Below, piece after piece: positions 8,657 to 19,041 of a stretch of DNA of 52,172 bases. A model generated the notes under the pieces. The model was not told the DNA's origin, made no database searches, and worked only from the letters and a program-made list of their open reading frames with translations. Each line of letters opens with the position of its first letter. Positions within the stretch are counted from its first letter, which is position 1. The stretch is taken from positions 1 to 52,172 of the forward strand of contig JBBRUX010000027.1 of the NCBI GenBank assembly GCA_038247415.1, given 5' to 3'. The position numbers and the translations under genes were made by a program. The stretch comes from Chitinivibrionales bacterium (lineage in GTDB: Bacteria; Fibrobacterota; Chitinivibrionia; Chitinivibrionales; WJKA01).

Positions 8657-8688
8657 TATGATAACTTGTGAATTAGATTGTCAAAGCC

Positions 8689-9267
8689 TCACCCCCGGCC
8701 ACTCTCCTGCACCCAAAAATCCCGAATCCTTGGAATTGACATTTTCAACTCTTCGACAAAGTCGAAATCCTGTTCTGTGAGCGCGTTAAGCAAATCGGGA
8801 TCGAGCATTGGTTCGGTGGATTTTTTATCGGAACAGTAAAGAATGGGTAAACACAGGCGCACAATATACAAATCACTTTGGGCGATCCATGTTTCTCCAA
8901 ACGCAATCATACCTTTATGGAAACCCTTACACCACAACTCAAGAGAAGTCATCTGATTAACATCGCCAATAAGAAGAGGCTCGAAGGTATTGTCATGAAG
9001 CGACGCAACAATCTGATTGTACCGTGCAAACACAAGATTTATAAGATTTTCAGCTTTTTCTTTATGGTCAAGTGCAGGATTATGATCATCAAGAAAGAGC
9101 GCCGGAAGCCAGAGCGTTGGATTAAGCGGAAAGGGACCGCATATAATTGCGGCGAGATAGCCGTCTATCGCATCAATTGCCATATGAGGAATACCAGAGG
9201 TAAGCAATGCCTCGTGCAGCAACGAAGCGGCATGTAAAGGACTATTGATTGCTTCTTGTGGGGTCAT
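8689..9267 (-). CDS. YecA/UPF0149 family protein (no SEC-C tail)
   Basis: IDGYLAAIICGP...WLP, WCKGF and IRDFW motifs; overlaps rfaE2 by 4 bp. Confidence 0.8.
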   Translation of the reverse strand: MTPQEAINSPLHAASLLHEALLTSGIPHMAIDAIDGYLAAIICGPFPLNPTLWLPALFLDDHNPALDHKEKAENLINLVFARYNQIVASLHDNTFEPLLIGDVNQMTSLELWCKGFHKGMIAFGETWIAQSDLYIVRLCLPILYCSDKKSTEPMLDPDLLNALTEQDFDFVEELKMSIPRIRDFWVQESGRG

Positions 9268-9752
9268 GATGCATCTCGAATCTTTGAAACAATGTTGCTC
9301 GTAGAAAATCCCTGTACAAACGATACAATTTTTACAACGCCGCCATACTTCTCTATAATGGGGGTTTCTATCATCTCGCGGGAATAATCGCCACCCTTGA
9401 CATGTACGTCTGGCCTAATAATCTCACAGAACTGCCGTGGATCATCTTCGGGGAAAATAAATGCTGCATCCACCATAGCCAAGGCCGCCATAACGGCGCA
9501 GCGGGTTGCTTGATCCTGCACTGGGCGGTTTTCGCCTTTGAGTCGTTTTACCGATGCATCACTATTAATACCCACGAGCAAAATATCGCCTTGTCGGGCG
9601 GCTTCGGTGAGATAGGCTACGTGTCCTGCATGGATTATATCAAAACAGCCGTTGGTAGTTACCACTGTTTTGCCCTGGTCCCTCAAAGGGGTAAGCCACG
9701 ATACAAGAGCATCCGCAGAAGCAAAGGAATTAATAGGATTATAGGTTGCCAT
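9264..9752 (-). CDS. rfaE2: D-glycero-beta-D-manno-heptose 1-phosphate adenylyltransferase (RfaE domain II/HldC)
   Basis: TNGCFDIIHAGH, NSDASVKRLKGENRP, HVKGGDY and GFSTS motifs. Confidence 0.9.
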   Translation of the reverse strand: MATYNPINSFASADALVSWLTPLRDQGKTVVTTNGCFDIIHAGHVAYLTEAARQGDILLVGINSDASVKRLKGENRPVQDQATRCAVMAALAMVDAAFIFPEDDPRQFCEIIRPDVHVKGGDYSREMIETPIIEKYGGVVKIVSFVQGFSTSNIVSKIRDAS

Positions 9753-9858
9753 GCATAAGCCTTTTAAAGAAGTTTATAAAGAATTGCGCCACAGTTATAC
9801 AGAAAGATTATTTTAAATATTTCCATTTTATAAAATACACAAATGTGGTCTACCTTTC

Positions 9859-10905
9859 ATGAACACACAAACAGTACTCGTTAAAGAAGAGTGGCCCGAC
9901 CTTATCAGAGCCATTGCTATACTTCTTGTTGTGGGCGTACATGTAAGTGGGGCAATTCTCAATCAAGGGTTTGGCAGTGGTGGCCTGTTTTCGTACTGGA
10001 TTGCGGCTCTTGTAAATTCCCTGGGTAGAATGGGCGTCCCCCTCTTTTTCATGCTCAGTGGTTCTTTACTTTTAGTATCCAACAAACCGCTTGCGCCGCT
10101 CGATTTTATCAAAAGACGTGCGAGTCGCATAGGCTATGCCTTTCTTTTTTGGTCTCTTTTTTATTGTATTGTCATTCTTATTCGCGGCCAGAATCATAAT
10201 CCTTTGGGTTTGATACTTTCTCTGGTATATCAGCCAGCCTATTATCATCTCTGGTACTTTTATTCTATTATTGGGTTATATCTTATTACACCCATTCTCT
10301 TGTACGCAACCCGAAACGTTTTATGGTATGTAACTATTTTTTGGTTTATCGCAAGCATACTGTGCTGTATTCCCGACCGATTCTTGGGCTTTACAATTAA
10401 CGGTAACTTTACTCATATTCTGCCTGTCTACATTGGATTTTTTACCCTTGGTGCACTTTTGCGAACCTGGAAACTTCCCCCCTCCTATACCACGCGAACG
10501 CTCTGGATCGGTATCTTTGCATTCGCAACAACACTGCTTGGATATACCATTGCTTCGGCAAATCATGCAAAAGCAGTTTCAGATTATTTTTTCGATTATT
10601 TAAGCATTGCAGTGGTTGCCCAAACAATTTCAGCATTCCTTCTTATCAAGCACTTTGGATCCAAACCACTGCATACATCTCTTAAAAACGGGATTCGTTG
10701 GGTAAGTACCACAAGCATGGGAATATTTGTTCTTCACCCTCTCATTCTCGAGTGGTTCTCAAGTGGCTGGTTTGGCATAACACTCAATGCTTTTTGGGGC
10801 GGGGCATTTATTGGAATACCCCTCACCATGCTTGTTACGGTACTTGTATGTAGCGGAATAACCACGGTATTGCAGCGAATACCCTATCTGCGAGCCTGCG
10901 TTTAA
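9859..10905 (+). CDS. Acyltransferase-3 family membrane O-acetyltransferase (WecH-like)
   Basis: DLIRAIAILLVVGVH, VPLFFMLSG, YYHLWYFY and GIFVLHP motifs; multiple TM helices. Confidence 0.85.
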   Translation: MNTQTVLVKEEWPDLIRAIAILLVVGVHVSGAILNQGFGSGGLFSYWIAALVNSLGRMGVPLFFMLSGSLLLVSNKPLAPLDFIKRRASRIGYAFLFWSLFYCIVILIRGQNHNPLGLILSLVYQPAYYHLWYFYSIIGLYLITPILLYATRNVLWYVTIFWFIASILCCIPDRFLGFTINGNFTHILPVYIGFFTLGALLRTWKLPPSYTTRTLWIGIFAFATTLLGYTIASANHAKAVSDYFFDYLSIAVVAQTISAFLLIKHFGSKPLHTSLKNGIRWVSTTSMGIFVLHPLILEWFSSGWFGITLNAFWGGAFIGIPLTMLVTVLVCSGITTVLQRIPYLRACV

Positions 10906-10935
10906 ACAGGAAAAAGATACTGTAGGTAAACCTGG

Positions 10936-12171
10936 TCAATAATCGGCAACAATCTCTTCTCCGTCAATCATGACAAACCGGATAGATGGTTCTTCACGCA
11001 ATAATGCGTCGAGGTAATATTCGGAGCCCACATGCGGAACAGACACCCCTAAAAGATCTGCGCAGGCTCCGGGCTTAAGCGCTCCCAAATCATTACTTCT
11101 GCCAAGTGCTTGTGCAGGATTTGTGGTTACCATTGCAAGGGCCGTGGCAGCAGAGATGTGAGGATACAGCATCCGCAAAGCAAAGATTTCATCAAAGAGA
11201 GAACCCGAACCGGCATCGAACCGTGTTTCGGTACCCACGCAAACACATACCGATCGGTCAAGTGCCACCTCGAGGGGAAAGGGTTTATGCCCGCGCTCCT
11301 GCGAATACTGCACACACGTCACGACAGCAACATTGCGCAAAGCAAGAGCTTCGAGATCGGAAACCCCAACCTGATTACAGTGAATTGCTAGCGCCCCCGG
11401 GGGCACAAGATTTTCTTGCAACGCATACGGCATCGATCCAAGCGGGGTGTACCCAAATGGCCACGGCATGCTGCGGGTTATATGAAAATAGAGATCTCCC
11501 TTTTGTTCGCAAAAAGCAAGAAGCTCTTCGGCAGACTCTGCACAATGCACCGAGTAAAGTAGCCCTGATGCGCTCGCCTCGGCAATCAACCGACGGTGCG
11601 CCTGTGGAGGCAGCGAAAAAAGTGCGTGTGGACCAATGCCACTGAGAAAACGGCTGTTTTTATTTTTTAAAGCGGTTCTTGTTTCTTGCCATGCTTTTAA
11701 TTTTTCTTCGAAATCTGATTCAGATCGCCCAAATTCAAAAATCGAATATGCCCGTATTGGCTCTTCGCTTAAAAATGATGCAGTACCCATGTTTCGACAC
11801 GTATCTACAATGGTTGTGGTACCCACAGAAAGCAGATGTCGCGTGGTGAGTCGAACCGATGCCGCCAAAGCAGCATCTGAGATGCTACGAATCCGAGATT
11901 CTTTTTTCATTGAGAAGGCAGCAAACGATTCATTATCAAGAGATCGAATATTAGACCTGATAGCGGTCTCTTCGAGATGGGTGTGGAGATTAATCAGCCC
12001 AGGCATAAGCAACATTTCACCCAGGTTCACAACCCTATCGGTACGGGCTCGTTTTAGATGGCTCGCCTGGTCTACTGCACGGATTCGGCCATTTTCAACC
12101 GAGACACCGCCATGCTCCAAAAGGGTCATATCAGGAAGCAAAATTCGTCGGGCATAATAGATAGTAGCCAT
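10936..12171 (-). CDS. Amidohydrolase superfamily protein (nucleoside deaminase-like)
   Basis: PGLINLHTHLE, GTTTIVD, GPHA, HCAES, HCN and GALKPGACAD motifs. Confidence 0.85.
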   Translation of the reverse strand: MATIYYARRILLPDMTLLEHGGVSVENGRIRAVDQASHLKRARTDRVVNLGEMLLMPGLINLHTHLEETAIRSNIRSLDNESFAAFSMKKESRIRSISDAALAASVRLTTRHLLSVGTTTIVDTCRNMGTASFLSEEPIRAYSIFEFGRSESDFEEKLKAWQETRTALKNKNSRFLSGIGPHALFSLPPQAHRRLIAEASASGLLYSVHCAESAEELLAFCEQKGDLYFHITRSMPWPFGYTPLGSMPYALQENLVPPGALAIHCNQVGVSDLEALALRNVAVVTCVQYSQERGHKPFPLEVALDRSVCVCVGTETRFDAGSGSLFDEIFALRMLYPHISAATALAMVTTNPAQALGRSNDLGALKPGACADLLGVSVPHVGSEYYLDALLREEPSIRFVMIDGEEIVADY

Positions 12172-12338
12172 CTACTTAAAATACATGATCTGACACTCGG
12201 TAATACCCACAGATCACACCTTTAAAGCTTCTCAAATCACCTAAGGCACAAGCCTGGAAATGAGTTTGGTTTGACCACTGCGCAAACCTTTGCGTATTTT
12301 ATATGATTCTAAACACTTACACCAGAAACGAAAAACTG

Positions 12339-13178
12339 ATGATCGTAGGATCAGATTCCGAAAAAAAATATGTAGACTTTCATATCCATACTAAACACTC
12401 CGACGGAACTTGCACGGTGCAGGAAATCATCGATATGGCGGCTTGTCGCAACCTCGCGGCAATTGCTATAACCGATCATGATTGCATCGAAGGATACTTT
12501 GCAGGACATCCCTACGGAGCGTCTAAGGGTATCGAAGTTATTAGCGGTCTTGAAATGTCATCCGAATTATCGGGCGTGGATATCCATATTCTCGGTTTTT
12601 TCGTCGATGTCAACAACGCCCTTCTTACCTCCCGACTCGCCGAACTTAAAGTAGGTCGTTTTGAACGCGCCCGTCGCATTGTAGAAAATCTTAATCGTCA
12701 AGGTATCGATCTTCGGTTCGAAACAGTGCTTACTATTGCCGGAGGCGCTTCCATAGGTCGCCCCCATATAGCAAGCGCCATGCTTAAAGAGGAACTTGCC
12801 TACTCTTTTCGAGAAGCTTTCGATAAATATATTGGATACAGCTCACCTGCCTATGTCGAAAAACAAACTATGCATCCAAAAGAGGTCTTTGAGCTTATTC
12901 GTCATGCTGGTGGCATTCCCATACTTGCGCACCCGGGCGTAACCAATGTAGACGAACGTATCCCACAGTTTGTAGAAGATGGGCTTATGGGTATAGAAGT
13001 TTACCATAGCGAGCATACCCCGTCTCATGTAAAGCACTATAAATCGATCTGTAAAAAACATAACCTCCTCATGTCTGGTGGTTCCGATTTTCATAGTGCA
13101 GCTCATAGTAAATCGGAAATAGGTGTCCCCCGCATTCCCTACGATATTATCTTGGAAATGCGCGCAAAAAATTCCTGA
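12339..13178 (+). CDS. PHP-domain phosphoesterase (TrpH/YciV-like)
   Basis: DFHIHTKHSDG, ITDHD, GRPH, LAHP and GGSDFH motifs. Start 12339 is preferred because TTGACC-N18-TATTTT ends at 12300. Confidence 0.88.
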   Translation: MIVGSDSEKKYVDFHIHTKHSDGTCTVQEIIDMAACRNLAAIAITDHDCIEGYFAGHPYGASKGIEVISGLEMSSELSGVDIHILGFFVDVNNALLTSRLAELKVGRFERARRIVENLNRQGIDLRFETVLTIAGGASIGRPHIASAMLKEELAYSFREAFDKYIGYSSPAYVEKQTMHPKEVFELIRHAGGIPILAHPGVTNVDERIPQFVEDGLMGIEVYHSEHTPSHVKHYKSICKKHNLLMSGGSDFHSAAHSKSEIGVPRIPYDIILEMRAKNS

Positions 13179-13234
13179 TTCCCCTCTCCAACAGTGTTGG
13201 GGATTTTTCTCTACATCCATTCCAGGATCCACTT

Positions 13235-14323
13235 ATGAAAGTTGTACCAGTCATCCTTGCAGGCGGAATTGGCGAACGGTTTTGGCCCATGTCGCGAAGC
13301 TATAAACCCAAGCAGCTTCTTCCCCTTATCTCAGATCGCTCGATGCTCGAAGAGACTATTCGTCGAGTAGACGCATTTTGTAAAAATGGTGTTAAGCCTC
13401 TCATTGTGACAAGCAGAAGCATTGTAGCTGCCATTCGCAAAACGCTTCCATCGTCACTCAATTACGATATTATAGCAGAACCCGTTGGAAAAAATACGGC
13501 TCCTGCGGTGTCTCTGGCTGCTTCATGGTTGCATGCACATTATGGCGAATGCGTTATGGCAGTGCTCTCTGCGGATCATGCAATTTCGCCAAAAAAAGAA
13601 TACACCCAAGCATTGCGATATGCTGCAAGTCTTGCTGTTTCTCAAAATTCTCTTGTTGTTTTTGGTATAACCCCCATTCGCCCCGATACCGGATACGGCT
13701 ACATCGAGCGCAGCGAAGCAGTCGGCATGGGCGGCCCAGGCGGGATCGAATCTTTTAAAGTTAAGCGCTTTGTAGAAAAGCCCGATGGGGCGCGGGCACT
13801 TGCCTTTTGTAAATCTGGCACATACCTCTGGAATAGCGGCATGTTTGTATTCAAAACATCGGTTATTCTCGAAGAATTTAAATGCTATATGCCCGACCTC
13901 TATGATCTTACCCAAAAAGCAGCACAATCTAAATTTACACAACGATCAATTACTACCTTCTATGATACGGTTGCCAAAGAATCTATCGACTATGGCATCA
14001 TGGAAAAATCTCGTCGTGTTGCGGTTGTGGTTGGAAGATTTACTTGGGATGATGTTGGGTCGTGGGAATCGGTTGGACGTTTACGCGGCTACAACGATTT
14101 ACACTCTACCATAAGCGGGGCAGCAATCTACGAAACCGGCTGCAAAGACAGCATTATCGTTAACACTTCATCACGCGCCCTCATGGCTGCGGGACTAGAA
14201 AATGTCGTAGTGGTTGTCACCGACGATGCTGTAATGGTACTTAAACGCGATGCGCTTTCGGATATTAAAAAATATCGTCAAGCTATGATTGACAAGCCGT
14301 TATTTGATCGCACCCTCTTCTAA
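13235..14323 (+). CDS. manC: Mannose-1-phosphate guanylyltransferase (monofunctional)
   Basis: ILAGGIGERFWPMSR..PKQ, EPVGKNTAP, ADH, FVEKP, WNSGMF, SIDYGIMEK and WDDVGSW motifs. Confidence 0.92.
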   Translation: MKVVPVILAGGIGERFWPMSRSYKPKQLLPLISDRSMLEETIRRVDAFCKNGVKPLIVTSRSIVAAIRKTLPSSLNYDIIAEPVGKNTAPAVSLAASWLHAHYGECVMAVLSADHAISPKKEYTQALRYAASLAVSQNSLVVFGITPIRPDTGYGYIERSEAVGMGGPGGIESFKVKRFVEKPDGARALAFCKSGTYLWNSGMFVFKTSVILEEFKCYMPDLYDLTQKAAQSKFTQRSITTFYDTVAKESIDYGIMEKSRRVAVVVGRFTWDDVGSWESVGRLRGYNDLHSTISGAAIYETGCKDSIIVNTSSRALMAAGLENVVVVVTDDAVMVLKRDALSDIKKYRQAMIDKPLFDRTLF

Positions 14324-14330
14324 GTAGCTT

Positions 14331-15473
14331 ATGTCAGCAACCTTCGCCACACTTCTTTTTATTGCCGGAGACCCTTCCGGCGATATGCATGCAGCCCCCA
14401 TTATACATAAGCTACGTAAAGATTGTCCCAAGGTTCGCTTTACTGGGGTTGGTGGCCCTGCAATGGAAGCTGCTGGCTTTGTGCCGCTATTGCCTTTTGC
14501 CCCATTTAACAAAATGGGATTTATAGAAGTTGTGCGACATCTGCCGTTTTTTCTTGGTGCGCAAAAAAAACTTGTCGCCTTTATAAAACAGGAAAAGCCT
14601 TCGGCCCTTATCTGTATCGATTACCCCGGATTCAACATTCCCATGGCACAAAAGGCGCATGCCTGCGGCATACCTGTTATTTGGTATATAGCACCGCAAG
14701 TGTGGGCATGGAAAGCAAAACGGGCAGATGTACTTGCAAATATATCCAATTTTATTGGCGTAGTTTTTCCTTTTGAAGTGCCTTTTTTTTCTAAGGGAAG
14801 CGCACAGTGTGAATTTGTTGGACATCCGCTTATAGAAGCGCTCAATCACCAACAAGCACCCTCACTACCTCAAAATGCACGTGATCCGCACGTTTCTGGT
14901 GAGTGGAACATTGCACTCGTTCCCGGAAGCAGACATCAGGAAATCGAAGCAAACATAGACGCCATGATACAGGCCGCCCTCTTATTTAAGCACGCTTACC
15001 CCAAAGCAACAATTACCATATCAAGCTACGCCGGATTGCCCTCAGAGGTCATTTCGTCCCATATTGTTGATCCAGGAATAACAATAACTTCAAAACCGCT
15101 CTGCGAACTGCTTGCTCAATCCGATATGGCGCTGGTTACATCGGGAACCGCAACACTAGAAACAGCATTGTGCCACGTTCCCCTGGTTGTTGTTTATAAA
15201 ACGTCTGCCTTAACTTTTGCGATTATGAAACGATTGATTAAAATCCGTATGATTGGGTTGCCCAACATCGTAGCAGGTAAACGCATTGTGCCCGAAGCTA
15301 TCCAAGCAGATGCAAATCCAAAAACATTATGCCAATATTTACTTAACATTGCACAGGACGCTACTTACCGGCAAGAAATTCTTAAGGAATTATCGGTACT
15401 GGGCGAAAAACTGGGAAGCTTGTCACCATCCCTGGTGCTTGCAGAAAAAATTCGAACTATCGCAAAGCTATAG
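14331..15473 (+). CDS. lpxB: Lipid-A-disaccharide synthase
   Basis: AGDPSGD, IDYPGFN, PQVWAW, FPFE, VGHPL, PGSR, SGTATLE and LPNI motifs. Confidence 0.95.
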   Translation: MSATFATLLFIAGDPSGDMHAAPIIHKLRKDCPKVRFTGVGGPAMEAAGFVPLLPFAPFNKMGFIEVVRHLPFFLGAQKKLVAFIKQEKPSALICIDYPGFNIPMAQKAHACGIPVIWYIAPQVWAWKAKRADVLANISNFIGVVFPFEVPFFSKGSAQCEFVGHPLIEALNHQQAPSLPQNARDPHVSGEWNIALVPGSRHQEIEANIDAMIQAALLFKHAYPKATITISSYAGLPSEVISSHIVDPGITITSKPLCELLAQSDMALVTSGTATLETALCHVPLVVVYKTSALTFAIMKRLIKIRMIGLPNIVAGKRIVPEAIQADANPKTLCQYLLNIAQDATYRQEILKELSVLGEKLGSLSPSLVLAEKIRTIAKL

Positions 15474-15478
15474 TTCTC

Positions 15479-16201
15479 TTAAGGGATTATGCCACACTCA
15501 AAATTGGAGTGTGCATTTCCTCCAACCGAAAAAATACCCGCAACCAGAGGTCTTGCAAGAGAATCGACAACGCTTAAAGTTTCCGATGCAACGACATCAA
15601 GCGATGAAAAAGAAGTTCTCCCTTGTCTATCACGCACAAATAAACCACAAGGAGCATTAAAAGATCTAAGATATATTTTCCAAGAAGCTACGGGTTCCAC
15701 AAGAGAAAAATAGAGAGTGTCGTATGCAAGTGCCACTGTGCCAAAAACACGATATGCAAGAGAATCGGCTGTTTTTTGTGAGAAATTTTGTCCGCTACAA
15801 ATGGGTCCACTCACAAAAACAATCGAATCTGCTCCCGGTGCCAGTATCGCCGATTCGATACTTTTTATAGTATCGATAAACCGTATTACGAATCGCGTTT
15901 GTCCAGGCAGAATCCCGTTTAAAGAAATGAAAAAAGTATCTCTGTTGCCATTAAGATGCGTCGAATAAGGAATGCCAAAAGCAGGAACAATTTCTGGATC
16001 AAGTGCACCAGATGCAATCGAGGCCGAAAATGCTATAGTAATTATTCCAAAGGGCGGAATAGTATCGCCTACTGGCATTGTCCGTTTCATGGTAAGGGGC
16101 GGAGCAGGAGGATCTGTGGTAATGACGCAAAAAAGGCCTGATATCACCACAAGCAAGCACGCAAGAACCTTGCAATATATACGAATAGAGCACTTTACCA
16201 T
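15479..16201 (-). CDS. Putative lipoprotein with an Ig-like domain
   Basis: Signal peptide ending SGLF-C; beta-rich mature region; directly downstream of the Wzi-like gene. Confidence 0.55.
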   Translation of the reverse strand: MVKCSIRIYCKVLACLLVVISGLFCVITTDPPAPPLTMKRTMPVGDTIPPFGIITIAFSASIASGALDPEIVPAFGIPYSTHLNGNRDTFFISLNGILPGQTRFVIRFIDTIKSIESAILAPGADSIVFVSGPICSGQNFSQKTADSLAYRVFGTVALAYDTLYFSLVEPVASWKIYLRSFNAPCGLFVRDRQGRTSFSSLDVVASETLSVVDSLARPLVAGIFSVGGNAHSNFECGIIP

Positions 16202-16231
16202 TGTTGTACCATCGCTTTATTGGGCGCAGTC

Positions 16232-17749
16232 TTATTGTGTCGAATACGATTTAATATGAGGAATGCTTGCTCGTGCAAAAACCTGCGCATAGTGTACAGT
16301 CTCTGTTTTTGTAAAAGATGGCTCGTAAGTTCCACCAATACTAAGCCATGCATATGGATTATACGTTACCGAAAGATTAAGTTGTACCATTTTTTGATCA
16401 TGAACATAATCTACACCCCCACCCTGATTATCACCATGCCCAGGAGCAGGCGTACCATTAAGATCATATAAATCCCAATGATACAGTTCGAGTGTTCCAT
16501 CGCCCTTTACCCATACATTAAGCTCTGTTTTCCAATCAAGAGTGGGCACGATAGTTCCTCGCGCACGGATATTCCATAAGTCAATATCGTTGCCATAGGG
16601 AAATCCGCGCGATTCGCCAAAATAGGTATGCCTCCCAAAGCCCGGATTCCGATGTGTATATGTCCCCCAGCTCACATGTGTATATTCTGCACCAATTTCG
16701 CGCACATGCCCATCGAGATAATACACCACCCCGCCTTGGGCGCCAAATTTATTGGGGCTTCCGTTTGCGTCAAACATCGTGAGATCATCATTGAGAACTG
16801 CTCCATACACCCGCAATCGATTACAATTAAAAGAAATATCCCCGCCACCAAGGACATTGCTTGCCCTTTCTCCCCCGGGATCACTAACACTATTACCCCC
16901 CGATACATTGGCGAAATAGTAAATTTGCAATGGGTTAGCATAGCGGGCCAACAAATTGACACCAGAAAAATCGACCAACTCGTATATTCCTATTTGCCAA
17001 TGCTTCCCCAATCGAATATCCAGCCGTTGCCCTGCACTATAGCGCGGAATGCCTGCCGAACTAAAAAGAAAATCGTCATCCAACCCATTCAAAAAACACG
17101 ATGCGGTAAGCAACGATCCCATCGACAACTGCAAATAATAGAAATAAAACGGGGCGAATGTCGTTCCCGATAATCCTAGGTTACCCTTGTATCCTGGTCC
17201 CCATCGAAGTTTATATTTACCAACAAGCAGTGAGAGAGGATTATATGCGAGCTTGAGATATCCTGCGGGAAAATTAAAATCTTTTGCATTAGTACCATCG
17301 ATGTGGTTATATCCCGTATTCACCTGTTCTGTTTTAATGTCGCTCAGGGTATCGGCAATCGACTGTGGGACACATTGCTTGGTCGAATGCACGTCATAGG
17401 TTATTGCTCCCATAACATGAGGGGATTCGTACGCAATATCACACCCAAGGTAGTAGTTATACATAGATTGACTACTACGACCATCTATAACAGGCATAAC
17501 AAATATATTTCCACCAACCTTTTGTTTGCCCACCGTGGCCATGAGCGCTGGCGTGCGCGGTAGCGATGCAAAATCATTAGGCAAGCCAAAAAAAGGAACA
17601 AACCCTGTATCGAGGCTTCGCGCTCGCATCGAATCGAGAAGCGGTGTCGCAAGCTGATATTTATTGACAGGTGAAAAAATGTTTTCTGCGCCATACGCGC
17701 AAAAAAATGCCGTCATCACAACACATCCGATACGACACGCAAATATCAT
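16232..17749 (-). CDS. Wzi-like (capsule assembly) outer-membrane beta-barrel protein
   Basis: Signal peptide from ATG 17749; GKYKLRWGPG...LS, RL..GIYE, NP and YTH...Y.G..GFPYGND patterns as in Wzi-family proteins. Confidence 0.6.
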   Translation of the reverse strand: MIFACRIGCVVMTAFFCAYGAENIFSPVNKYQLATPLLDSMRARSLDTGFVPFFGLPNDFASLPRTPALMATVGKQKVGGNIFVMPVIDGRSSQSMYNYYLGCDIAYESPHVMGAITYDVHSTKQCVPQSIADTLSDIKTEQVNTGYNHIDGTNAKDFNFPAGYLKLAYNPLSLLVGKYKLRWGPGYKGNLGLSGTTFAPFYFYYLQLSMGSLLTASCFLNGLDDDFLFSSAGIPRYSAGQRLDIRLGKHWQIGIYELVDFSGVNLLARYANPLQIYYFANVSGGNSVSDPGGERASNVLGGGDISFNCNRLRVYGAVLNDDLTMFDANGSPNKFGAQGGVVYYLDGHVREIGAEYTHVSWGTYTHRNPGFGRHTYFGESRGFPYGNDIDLWNIRARGTIVPTLDWKTELNVWVKGDGTLELYHWDLYDLNGTPAPGHGDNQGGGVDYVHDQKMVQLNLSVTYNPYAWLSIGGTYEPSFTKTETVHYAQVFARASIPHIKSYSTQ

Positions 17750-18047
17750 TATCTGTTCCTTTGAAAAAAGCATTTCACCCAAGAGATTAAAATAGTTATG
17801 CGCCTGCCCCTGCGCTCGTATACGAAACGCTGCATTTCTCAATTCAAAGGCATCGCTTTTAATCGTTTTTAAAGACCGAACCCCAAGGAATGTTGATTTT
17901 GCTTTTTCTCCCCACCCCGCGCATGCTATTTTATAAAGAATAAGGAAACTTGAAAAATATCAGTCCACGCTTATCGTAAAAGCCTCTGAGTAGCTTTCAA
18001 AGAGCATCGACTGCAATAAACTTTTCACGACAAGGATCTGCCTGAGC

Positions 18048-19016
18048 ATGAATCTCGATTTTTCAAAAACTTCCATTCTTATTGTAGGCGATTGCATGCT
18101 CGATCGCTATCATTTTGGTGATGTCAACCGAATTTCTCCAGAAGCGCCCGTGCCTATCGTTCGCATTCGCAGAACAACGCAAACGCTTGGTGGTGCGGCA
18201 AATGTTGCAAACAATGTTGCATGCCTGGGCGCTGTTGCACAACTTATTGGGATTGTAGGAAACGACACCGAGCAAACCTCCATCAAATCGCTCTGTGCTA
18301 CTGCTCATATCAACACATCGTTTATACAAAGTAAATTTCCTACCATTACTAAAACACGCATTATCGGTGCACATCAGCAAATGATGCGGTTAGACTTCGA
18401 AGAACCATCTGAACTTGGCGAAGAGCTCGAACAAAAAATTATTTCTCGGGCTATTAAGCTTCTTGCTAAAGCTAAGTGCCTTATTATTTCTGATTATGGT
18501 AAAGGTGTTTGTTCGCCCAGAGTATGCAAAGTCATTATTGCAGCAGCACGCGATGTACGCTGCCCTGTCATTGTAGATCCCAAATCCCACAACTGGGCTC
18601 ATTACGCACACGCAACATTTGTTACCCCAAATCTTAAAGAGCTTGCCATGGCCGCCGGAGTCCCCTTAGAAAATCTGGATAGCCCTGTAATAACCCACGG
18701 CAAAAAACTCCTTAAAAAATTTCATCTTGACCATGTGCTTATTACCCGTTCCGAAAAAGGCATGACCCTTTTGGGTGCAAAAAGTGCTATTCATATGCAT
18801 AGCCGGGCGCAGGAAGTTTTTGATGTAAGCGGTGCCGGCGACACCGTTGTCGCCTCATTTGCCGTGGCATTAGCAGCCGGCAACTCGCTAGAAGATGCTC
18901 TTGAAATTGCCAATTACTCTGCAGGCATCGTGGTGGCAAAAATTGGAACAGTTCCCGTAACACTTGGCGAGCTCAAAAAAGAATTGGCAATACACAAGAC
19001 ATCTGCACACCATTAA
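18048..19016 (+). CDS. rfaE1: D-glycero-beta-D-manno-heptose-7-phosphate kinase (RfaE domain I/HldA)
   Basis: GDCMLDRY..G...RISPEAPVP, GGAANVA, SDYGKG, DPK, TPN and DVSGAGDTV motifs. Confidence 0.92.
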   Translation: MNLDFSKTSILIVGDCMLDRYHFGDVNRISPEAPVPIVRIRRTTQTLGGAANVANNVACLGAVAQLIGIVGNDTEQTSIKSLCATAHINTSFIQSKFPTITKTRIIGAHQQMMRLDFEEPSELGEELEQKIISRAIKLLAKAKCLIISDYGKGVCSPRVCKVIIAAARDVRCPVIVDPKSHNWAHYAHATFVTPNLKELAMAAGVPLENLDSPVITHGKKLLKKFHLDHVLITRSEKGMTLLGAKSAIHMHSRAQEVFDVSGAGDTVVASFAVALAAGNSLEDALEIANYSAGIVVAKIGTVPVTLGELKKELAIHKTSAHH

Positions 19017-19041
19017 TGCAATTCTCTTTATGAAAGGCCCC

